From Sandaracinaceae bacterium (lineage in GTDB: Bacteria; Myxococcota_A; Polyangia; Polyangiales; Sandaracinaceae): a stretch of 64,000 nucleotides of DNA. Positions 47,127 through 54,850 of this stretch are shown one piece after another. Made by a program: the position numbers and the translations under genes. The notes under the pieces are model-generated. The model had not been told where the DNA came from and searched no databases. It saw only the letters and a program-made list of their open reading frames with translations. Location: the NCBI GenBank assembly GCA_044220955.1, contig JBGAQA010000001.1:70962-134961 (forward strand), written 5' to 3'. Position 1 is the stretch's first letter. Every line of letters starts with the position of its first letter.

Positions 47127-47277
47127 TTTGCGTTCCTTTTCGACGGGTCGGTGCTGCGAGCCGACCACGTCGAGAGGTGCGCGGGCCGCGTGGGCGCCCG
47201 AGAGCGCTCACGAAGAGACTCTAGCGCGCCGGAGGCCCGGGCGCTCCCCGCGTCGCTCCGTGCTACACGGCACGCCC

Positions 47278-48381
47278 GTGCGCGAGCGCCGCAACCCGCC
47301 CGGTCCGCCGCGCGAACATCGCCCCCGCCCGGTCGACCCCGACACCTCTCCACGCGTCCCCGTTCCGGCGGGCAAGCCGCTCGGCGGCCCCTGGCTCTTC
47401 ACCACGCGCCCGGGCGCGGAGCAGGACGTGGTCGACGAGCTCGCACTGTGCGGCATCGATGCCCGCATCCGCAGCGGGGCAGTGGTGGAGGCACGCGCCG
47501 CGAGCACCTTCGACGACGGCACGCTCGACGTCACGTTCGCGCGCCAGGGCTTCAAGCTGCGCGCGACGCTGTCCGGCGAGCGGACCACGCTCGCGCGCCA
47601 GCTCGCGGACCGGACGGCCTCCCTCGCGCCCAGGGATCGCCCGCTCGCGCTCAGCGTGTTCGCGCCGGACACGGACGAGGGCAACCGGCTCGCGCCCCTC
47701 GCGGAGGAGATCGAGGAGGCGGCCGCCGGACACCTCGCAGCGCGCAGGCTCGTGCCGCTCGCGAGCGCCCGCGCCGAGGGCGCGCTCGTCGTGCAAGGCG
47801 CGCTCCTCTCCGCGACGGAGCTCGCGTTCGGGGACGTGGCCGCCGAGCAGCTCCTCTCGCCGTTCCGCGGCGGCAAGGCCCGCATGGCGGTGGGCGGCGA
47901 TCGCCCGTCGCGCGCCGCGCGCAAGGTCGAGGAGGCGCTGCACTGGCTGGGCAACTCCCCGGGCGCCGGGGAGACCTGCGTCGATCTCGGCGCGGCACCG
48001 GGCGGCTGGTCCTGGGCGCTGCTCGACAAGCGCTGCCGCGTGATCGCGGTCGACCCCGCGGAGCTCCGCGACGACGTGCGCGATCACTCCAGGCTCGTGC
48101 ACGAGAAGGTGAGCGCGTTCGGCTACGCGCCGCCCGAGCCCGTCGACTGGCTCTTCTGCGACATGGCGTGGCGCCCCGTCGAGGTCGCGCGGATGCTCGC
48201 GAAGTGGGCGCGCCGCGGCTGGGCGCGCGTCCTGGTGAGCAACGTGAAGCTCCCGATGACCAAGAAGGCCGCCATCGTCCGGGAGGTCCGCGAGATCGTC
48301 CACGGCGGCGGCTGGAAGCGCGTGCGGACGCGGCAGCTCTACCACGACCGCGACGAGATCACGCTCACCGCCCTCGCGTGA
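47278..48381 (+). CDS. rlmM: 23S rRNA C2498 2'-O-methyltransferase RlmM-like
   Basis: PSRAARKVEEA, VDLGAAPGGWS, DWLFCDM, NVKLP, RQLYHDRDEIT. Confidence 0.85.
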   Translation: MRERRNPPGPPREHRPRPVDPDTSPRVPVPAGKPLGGPWLFTTRPGAEQDVVDELALCGIDARIRSGAVVEARAASTFDDGTLDVTFARQGFKLRATLSGERTTLARQLADRTASLAPRDRPLALSVFAPDTDEGNRLAPLAEEIEEAAAGHLAARRLVPLASARAEGALVVQGALLSATELAFGDVAAEQLLSPFRGGKARMAVGGDRPSRAARKVEEALHWLGNSPGAGETCVDLGAAPGGWSWALLDKRCRVIAVDPAELRDDVRDHSRLVHEKVSAFGYAPPEPVDWLFCDMAWRPVEVARMLAKWARRGWARVLVSNVKLPMTKKAAIVREVREIVHGGGWKRVRTRQLYHDRDEITLTALA

Positions 48382-48390
48382 CGGGCGCGA

Positions 48391-49857
48391 TCAGCGCGCG
48401 CCGCCGAGCGCGCCCTCGACCTGCTCGCGCAGCGCCTCCGGGATCGGACGCGCGCTCGTCACGACCTCGGGTCGCCGCGCCTCGGCCGCCGCGAGCGTGT
48501 CGTGCAGGCGCTGGCGCAGCGGGCCCGCGATCTCGGGGTGCTCCGCGAGGGCGTCGTGCTGCTCGAAGGGATCGGCCTCGAGGTCGAAGAGCCCCTCGAC
48601 CGGGCTCGGGGAGACACGCTCCCCGTACTTGTAGCGCCCGTCGAAGATGCCCTGGATGATCTGACGTCCCTGGCCCGTCTGCACGATCACGTCGCGGGCT
48701 GGTGGGAAGCTCTCGCCGCGCATCGCCGGCAAGAGCGAGGTCCCGGCGAGGCCGTCCGGCACCGGCGCGTCGGCCACGTCGAGGAGCGTCGGGAACACGT
48801 CCATCAGCGTGACGAGCGCCGTCGACTCCGAGGCGGCTTGACCCGGCAGCGCGACGACGAGCGGCACACGGATCAGCTCCTCGAAGATCGTGTGACCGTG
48901 CCCCATCGCGTGGTGGTCGTTCAGCTCCTCGCCGTGATCGGCGGACACGACGACGGCGAGGTGCCCGTCGTCGAGGCGCCCGAGCAGCTCGTCCAGGAAG
49001 TCGTCGGTGTGTCGGATCTCGGAGTCGTAGGCGGCCGTGAGGTACTCGAGCGCGTCGCGCACCGGCAGTCGCTCCCGACGGATGACGACGCCGACGGCCA
49101 CGCTGGTCCCGGCGCGATCGAGCGCCGGGTAGCGCGGACGCGTCGAGGACCACCACGAGCTGAACTGCGGCTCGACGGGCACGAAGGGCAGGTGCGGATC
49201 GACCACGTGCACCCAGAGGAAGAACGGAGCGTCGCCCGCGCGCAGCGCGTCGAGCCGCGAGAAGGCCGACGAGAGGACCACGTCCGCGCTCGCGAACCCG
49301 AGCGCCTCGTAGTCGTCGAAGCCGCGCCCGTAGCCCATCGCTGGATCGAAGTGGCTGCTCGCGCTGATGCCGACCGTGCGGTAGCCCGCGTCGTGCAGCG
49401 CCACCGGCAGCCACGGTAGCTCGGGCGAGATCGCCTCCTGCTCGACGAGGCCCTCGGCGTTCAGGTGCCCGTGGAGCGCACCGTGCTCGGCGGGCAGGAC
49501 GCCACTCAAGAGGGACGCAACCGCCGGGATCGCCCAGCTGGACGTGGAGTAGGCGCGCCGGAAGAGGGTGCCGCGCCGCGCGAGCGCGTCGAGCGTCGGC
49601 GTCGTGCGCCGATCGTAGCCGTAGGCCGAGACGTGGTCGGCACGGAGCGTCCCGATGGTCACGAGCAGGATGTCGGGCCGTGCGTCCGCGCGCACGCGGC
49701 TCGGCGGCGGGGCTCGGCCCGCATCGGGCTCGCCCGCGTCGACGGCGACCACGCTGGGCGCGGGGGCCGTGACGGCGCGCACGAGGTAGGCGACCAGCGC
49801 GAGCGCGAGCGCGAAGAGGACCACGCCGAGCACGAGGGCCGCCTTCGAGTCGCGCAC
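48391..49857 (-). CDS. Membrane-anchored sulfatase-family protein with a degenerate active site
   Basis: P.ILLVTIGTLRADH, DPHLPF, YDSEI...D, SADHGE, GHG, LFDL.ADP.E. Confidence 0.8.
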   Translation of the reverse strand: MRDSKAALVLGVVLFALALALVAYLVRAVTAPAPSVVAVDAGEPDAGRAPPPSRVRADARPDILLVTIGTLRADHVSAYGYDRRTTPTLDALARRGTLFRRAYSTSSWAIPAVASLLSGVLPAEHGALHGHLNAEGLVEQEAISPELPWLPVALHDAGYRTVGISASSHFDPAMGYGRGFDDYEALGFASADVVLSSAFSRLDALRAGDAPFFLWVHVVDPHLPFVPVEPQFSSWWSSTRPRYPALDRAGTSVAVGVVIRRERLPVRDALEYLTAAYDSEIRHTDDFLDELLGRLDDGHLAVVVSADHGEELNDHHAMGHGHTIFEELIRVPLVVALPGQAASESTALVTLMDVFPTLLDVADAPVPDGLAGTSLLPAMRGESFPPARDVIVQTGQGRQIIQGIFDGRYKYGERVSPSPVEGLFDLEADPFEQHDALAEHPEIAGPLRQRLHDTLAAAEARRPEVVTSARPIPEALREQVEGALGGAR

Positions 49858-49888
49858 GCGGCGTCCTTATCACGATCGCGCGCACGGC

Positions 49889-51097
49889 GTGTACGATGCG
49901 GCCGTGATCGAGGAGTGGCTCCACTACGCGCTGCGCCTGTTCCACCTGATCGCGGGGATCATGTGGATCGGGACGTCCTTCTACTTCGTGTGGCTCGACT
50001 TCGCGTTCGAGCCGCTGCCCGAGGGACCCGAGAGCGACGCCGCCAAGAAGCAGGGCGCGGTCGGCGAGACGTACATGGTCCACGGCGGGCTCTTCTATCG
50101 CGTCGAGAAGCGCCAGCCGGTCTCGATGCCGAAGGTGCTCCACTGGTTCAAGTACGAGGCGCTGCTCACGTGGATCAGCGGCGTGTGCCTGCTCGTCCTT
50201 CTCTACTGGTGGATCGGTGGCGGCACGCAGCTCGTGGACGCCAGCCGCTTCTCCATGCACCCGCACGTCGCGATCGCGGCCTCGGCCGGTGTCCTCGTCG
50301 TGGGCTGGGCCGTGTACGACCTCCTGTGGAGGCTCGTCGGCAAGCGCGCGGAGAAGGCGGCGACCGGGCTCTCGATCGCGCTGCTCGTGGCCGTGATCTA
50401 CGGCGTGTGCGCGATCTTTCCGGGCCGCGTCGCGTTCATCCACGTCGGCGCGCTGCTCGGCACGGTGATGATCGCCAACGTGTGGATGCGGATCCTGCCC
50501 GCCCAGCGCCGGATGATCGCCGCGCGCATCGCGGGCAAGGAGCCCGACTGGAGCGAGGGCGCAGCCGCCAAGCAGCGCTCCCTGCACAACAGCTACGTGA
50601 CGATCCCCGTGCTCGTCACGATGCTGAGCAACCACTTCTCGTTCGTCTTCGATCACCGGCTGAACTGGGTGCTGCTCGCGTGCCTCGTCGTGGTGGGCGC
50701 GAGCGTGCGGCACCTGATGATCACGATCGAGCGCCAGCAGACCGCGTACTGGGCGTTCGCGCCGGCGACGCTGGGCTTGTTGGCCGTCGTGGCGATCACG
50801 TGGCCGACGCCGCCGCCGGTGGACACGTCGCCGCCCGTGCCCTTCGCGCAGGCGAACGACGTCATCACCCGTCGCTGCCGGCGCTGTCACTCGGAGCACC
50901 CGACCGACGAGGTGTGGGCGAGCGCGCCGGCCGGCGTGATGTTCGATCGGCCCGACTCGATCGTGGCCTACGCGCCGCGGATCCGCTTCCGCGCCGTCGA
51001 GACGCGCACCATGCCGCTCGGCAACGCGACCGGGATGACCGACGAGGAGCGGGAGGTCCTGCGGCGCTGGATCGACCAGGGAGCGCACGGACCGTGA
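49889..51097 (+). CDS. puuD: Urate hydroxylase PuuD (TM domain + cytochrome c)
   Basis: H.IAGI.WIGTSFYFVWLD, VHGG.FY, LHWFKYEA, KQRSLHN.Y, C-terminal CRRCH and MPLGN. Confidence 0.9.
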   Translation: MYDAAVIEEWLHYALRLFHLIAGIMWIGTSFYFVWLDFAFEPLPEGPESDAAKKQGAVGETYMVHGGLFYRVEKRQPVSMPKVLHWFKYEALLTWISGVCLLVLLYWWIGGGTQLVDASRFSMHPHVAIAASAGVLVVGWAVYDLLWRLVGKRAEKAATGLSIALLVAVIYGVCAIFPGRVAFIHVGALLGTVMIANVWMRILPAQRRMIAARIAGKEPDWSEGAAAKQRSLHNSYVTIPVLVTMLSNHFSFVFDHRLNWVLLACLVVVGASVRHLMITIERQQTAYWAFAPATLGLLAVVAITWPTPPPVDTSPPVPFAQANDVITRRCRRCHSEHPTDEVWASAPAGVMFDRPDSIVAYAPRIRFRAVETRTMPLGNATGMTDEEREVLRRWIDQGAHGP

Positions 51098-52407
51098 CGG
51101 CGCGCCGGGCTCTTCGGAGCGAGCGCGTCTTGATCGACGGGCGGCTGCGCCCGGCGGCGATCGTGGTCGAGCGCGGGCTCGTCGCCGACCTCGTCCCGTA
51201 CGGCGAAGCGTTCGGGGCGGACGTGGACGTCGAGACGATCGCGGACGCGATCCTGCCGGGGCTGGTCGACACGCACGTCCACGTGAACGAGCCCGGCCGT
51301 ACCGAGTGGGAGGGCTTCGTGACGGCGAGCCGCGCGGCCGCCGCGGGCGGCGTCACGACGCTCGTCGACATGCCGCTGAACTGCATCCCGGTGACCACGA
51401 GCGCGGCCGCGCTCGCGGCCAAGCGCGAGGCCGTCGCGGGCCTGCTCGAGGTCGACGTCGGGTTCTGGGGCGGCGTGGTGCCGGGCAATGCGCGCGAGCT
51501 CGAAGCGATGGCGGCGCGGGGCATCCTCGGCGCCAAGTGTTTCCTCTGCCACTCCGGGATCGACGACTTCCCGAAGAGCACGGAGACGGATCTGGCGAGC
51601 GCGATGCCGGTGCTGCGCGATGCGGGGATCCCGCTGCTCGTGCACGCGGAGCTGGAGGACGACGCCATCCCATCGTGCAGCGAGGTCACGCGCTCGTACG
51701 CGTCGTTCCTGCGGACGCGCCCGGCCTCGATGGAGGAGCGCGCCATCGCGATGGTCATCGAGCTCTGCCGCAAGACCCGCTGCAAGGTGCACGTGGTGCA
51801 CCTCTCGAGCGCCAGCGCGCTGCCGATGATCGAGGCGGCGAAGAACGAGGGGCTACCGTTCACGGTGGAGACGTGCCCGCACTACCTCTGTCTCGAGGCG
51901 GAGGGTGTCCCGGACGGCGCGACCCACTACAAGTGCATGCCACCGATCCGCGATCACGAGAACCGCGAGCGCCTCTGGGACGGCGTGAGGCGCGGCGTGA
52001 TCGATCTCGTCACGAGCGACCACTCGCCGTGCACGCCCGGGCTGAAGAAGCCCGAGCTGGGGGACTTCTGCGGCGCGTGGGGCGGGATCGCCTCGCTCTC
52101 GCTCGGCCTGCCGGCGGTCTTCACCGAGGCGCGAGCGCACGGCGTCGGCCTCGAGCACGTCGTGCGCGAGATGAGCGAGCACCCGGCCCGTCTCGCGGGC
52201 CTGAGCGCGCGCAAGGGCCGCATCGCCAAGGGGCTGGACGCCGACCTCTGTGCGTTCGACCCGGACGCGGCGTGGACGGTCACGAGCGACACGCTCCCGT
52301 TCCGCCACAAGATCTCTCCCTTCGTGGGTCGCGCGCTGCACGGCCGGATCACGCGCACGTGGCTTCGCGGCGGGCCCACCGACCCCGGCTGCGGCCACCC
52401 CCTCTGA
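51094..52407 (+). CDS. allB: Allantoinase
   Basis: DTHVHVNEPGRTEWEGF, GGVTT.VDMPLN, ETCPHYL, SDHSP. Confidence 0.93.
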   Translation: MTARRALRSERVLIDGRLRPAAIVVERGLVADLVPYGEAFGADVDVETIADAILPGLVDTHVHVNEPGRTEWEGFVTASRAAAAGGVTTLVDMPLNCIPVTTSAAALAAKREAVAGLLEVDVGFWGGVVPGNARELEAMAARGILGAKCFLCHSGIDDFPKSTETDLASAMPVLRDAGIPLLVHAELEDDAIPSCSEVTRSYASFLRTRPASMEERAIAMVIELCRKTRCKVHVVHLSSASALPMIEAAKNEGLPFTVETCPHYLCLEAEGVPDGATHYKCMPPIRDHENRERLWDGVRRGVIDLVTSDHSPCTPGLKKPELGDFCGAWGGIASLSLGLPAVFTEARAHGVGLEHVVREMSEHPARLAGLSARKGRIAKGLDADLCAFDPDAAWTVTSDTLPFRHKISPFVGRALHGRITRTWLRGGPTDPGCGHPL

Positions 52408-52408
52408 G

Positions 52409-52571
52409 GGGGTCACTCCACCCCCTCTCAACCCCACGAGATCACAGGGGTCCTGCGGGTAGGTGCGCGTTTTCTCGGACGCGCCCGGTTTCCAGCCACA
52501 TCCGGCGAAACGCGCACCTACCCGCCGGAACGTCGACGTTTCGCGGAGTTGGGACCCCGTGGAGTGACCCC
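52409..52571. repeat. Nested palindromic element (REP/MITE-like), ~163 bp
   Basis: Outer IR GGGGTCACTCCAC/GTGGAGTGACCCC; inner 18-bp IR 52455-52472/52508-52525. Confidence 0.88.
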
Positions 52572-52588
52572 GGTGTATGGTCGGGCGC

Positions 52589-53656
52589 ATGAGCGGCAAG
52601 GATCCGGGCGGCGCGGCGTTCGTGGGGCTCGTCGACCTCGCGGCCGAGGAGATGGGCGGGCGCGCGCTCGCGTGCAGCGACGACTTCTTCGCCGGCATGG
52701 GCAACATGCTCAAGCCGGGGCGCGGCGTGTTCCTGCCGGACGAGTACACGGACCGCGGCAAGTGGATGGACGGCTGGGAGTCCCGCCGCAAGCGCGAGGC
52801 CGGACACGACTGGTGCATCGTGAGGCTCGGCGTCCGCGGCGGGGTGCGCGCGCTGGACATCGACACCAACCACTTCCTCGGCAACCACCCGCCCTTCGCC
52901 TCGGTCGAGGGGACACGGGTCAGCGGCGATCCCGGCGTCACGGAGCTCGAGCGCTTGAGCTGGACCGAGATCCTGCCGCAGTCGCCGCTGCGACCCGGAG
53001 CGCAGAACCTGTTCGCGATCGAGCCCGGGGCCGGGGCGGGCGAGACCTACACGCACCTGCGCCTGCGCATCTACCCGGACGGCGGCGTCGCGCGCTTCAA
53101 GGTGTGGGGGCGCCCCGATCCGGAGTGGGAGCGCGCGGAGATCGACGACGAGACGCGGCCGCACCTCTTGGGCGGCGAGGTGGATCTCGCGGCGCTCCGG
53201 AACGGCGGGCAGGCGCTCGCGTGCAGCGACGCGTTCTTCGGCCCGATGCACCACCTCATCTCGCCGGGCCGCGCCGTGAACATGGGCGGCGGCTGGGAGA
53301 CGCGGCGCAAGCGGATGCCGGGGCACGACTGGATCCTGGTGAAGCTGGGCGCCGCGGGCTCGATCGGGCTCGTCGAGGCGGACACGAACCACTTCAAGGG
53401 GAACTTCGCCGACCGGATCGCGCTCCGCGGCGTCCACGCGCCCGACGCGCGCATCACCGATCTCGTCCCCGTCGGCGCGTACGCGGACGCGAAGGCCCCG
53501 TGGATCACCATCCTCCCGGAGACGAAGGTCGGCGCCTCGGCGCGGCACTTCTTCCGCGAGCAGATCGCTGCGCGCGGCCCCTTCACCCACGTCCGTCTCG
53601 ACGTGTTCCCGGACGGTGGCGTCAGCCGCCTGCGCGTCTGGGGCGCGCGCGCGTGA
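52589..53656 (+). CDS. alc: Allantoicase
   Basis: Two repeats of SD.FF, DGWESRRKR/GGWETRRKR, DTNHF.GN, PDGGV.R. Confidence 0.95.
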   Translation: MSGKDPGGAAFVGLVDLAAEEMGGRALACSDDFFAGMGNMLKPGRGVFLPDEYTDRGKWMDGWESRRKREAGHDWCIVRLGVRGGVRALDIDTNHFLGNHPPFASVEGTRVSGDPGVTELERLSWTEILPQSPLRPGAQNLFAIEPGAGAGETYTHLRLRIYPDGGVARFKVWGRPDPEWERAEIDDETRPHLLGGEVDLAALRNGGQALACSDAFFGPMHHLISPGRAVNMGGGWETRRKRMPGHDWILVKLGAAGSIGLVEADTNHFKGNFADRIALRGVHAPDARITDLVPVGAYADAKAPWITILPETKVGASARHFFREQIAARGPFTHVRLDVFPDGGVSRLRVWGARA

Positions 53657-54159
53657 GCCCTGCGAGGACGCTCGACGCCGCGACGGACGCGGAGGCACTC
53701 TCGATGCTCGAGCGCTGCTGCGGCTCGACGCGCTGGGCCCAGGCGATGTGCGCGCGGCGCCCCTTCGGCAGCGACGCCGCGCTCTTCGCGGCGGCCGACG
53801 ACGAGTGGGCGAAGGCCGGACGGGACGACGTGCTCGAGGCGCTCGCGCACCACCCGCGCATCGGCGCCGACGTGGACGAGCTGCGCGAGAAGTTCGCGTC
53901 CACCGCGCGCTGGGCGGCCGGCGAGCAGGCCGGAGCCGCGGCCGCGTCCGAGGCCACGCTCGTCGCGCTCCGCGAGGCCAACCTCCGCTACGACGCGCGC
54001 TACGGGCACGTCTTCGTCGTGTGCGCGACGGGCAAGAGCGCCGCCGAGATGCTGGCCATCCTCGAGAGCCGCCTCGACAACGACCCCGAGACGGAGCTGC
54101 GCATCGCGGCCGGAGAACAGGGCAAGATCACCCGCATTCGACTGGAGAAGCTCGCATGA
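53653..54159 (+). CDS. uraD: OHCU decarboxylase
   Basis: HHPRIG, EQAG, Y.ARYGHVFVVCATG, EQ.KIT.IRL. Confidence 0.93.
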   Translation: MSPARTLDAATDAEALSMLERCCGSTRWAQAMCARRPFGSDAALFAAADDEWAKAGRDDVLEALAHHPRIGADVDELREKFASTARWAAGEQAGAAAASEATLVALREANLRYDARYGHVFVVCATGKSAAEMLAILESRLDNDPETELRIAAGEQGKITRIRLEKLA

Positions 54160-54509
54160 GCGCGACGGCGCGTAGCCCCATCACCACCCACATCCTCGAC
54201 GTCGCGCTCGGCAAGCCCGCCGCCGGCGTGGCCGTCCGGCTCGCGAGGCTCGAGGGCCACACCTTCGTCGATCTCGCGACCGGCGCGACCGACGCCGATG
54301 GACGCGTCACCACGCTGCTCGCGCCGGGATCGCTCACCCCCGGCACGTTTCGCCTCTCGTTCGACGTCGGCGCCTACTTCCTCGGGTCCCAGCGCAAGTC
54401 GTTCTACCCGCACGTCGACGTCGTGTTCGTGGTCGAGCATCCCGACCAGCACCACCACGTACCCTTGCTGCTCAGTCCGTTCGGCTACTCGACCTATCGC
54501 GGCAGTTAG
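54156..54509 (+). CDS. uraH: Hydroxyisourate hydrolase (transthyretin-like)
   Basis: ITTHILD...GKPA, HHHVPLLLSPFGYSTYRGS. Confidence 0.95.
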   Translation: MSATARSPITTHILDVALGKPAAGVAVRLARLEGHTFVDLATGATDADGRVTTLLAPGSLTPGTFRLSFDVGAYFLGSQRKSFYPHVDVVFVVEHPDQHHHVPLLLSPFGYSTYRGS

Positions 54510-54527
54510 TGTTATCGAGGGGGCACC

Positions 54528-54836
54528 ATGAACGAGACGCGAATCAGCCGACGCGAGCTCCTCGGCCGCAGCCTGATGGTCCTGGCCGCGGCGCCGGTCC
54601 TCGGCGCGTGCGGCGGCGGCGGGCCCGACTGCAGCAGCACCGCGGGCCTGGACCCGGCCGCCCTCGCGAACCGCACCACCCAAGCGTACGTCGAGCACAG
54701 CACACGCGCGAGCGCGCACTGCAGCGCGTGCCGCTTCTACACCGCGGGCGCGGCTGGCGCGTGCGGCGCGTGCACGCTCATCGCGGGCCCGATCAACCCC
54801 GACGGCTACTGCAACCTGTTCTCGGCCGCGAGCTGA
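54528..54836 (+). CDS. High-potential iron-sulfur protein (HiPIP), Tat lipoprotein
   Basis: SRRELL Tat motif, LGAC lipobox, CSACRFY...CTL...INPDGYC. Confidence 0.85.
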   Translation: MNETRISRRELLGRSLMVLAAAPVLGACGGGGPDCSSTAGLDPAALANRTTQAYVEHSTRASAHCSACRFYTAGAAGACGACTLIAGPINPDGYCNLFSAAS

Positions 54837-54850
54837 GAGCGCACGCGCCC

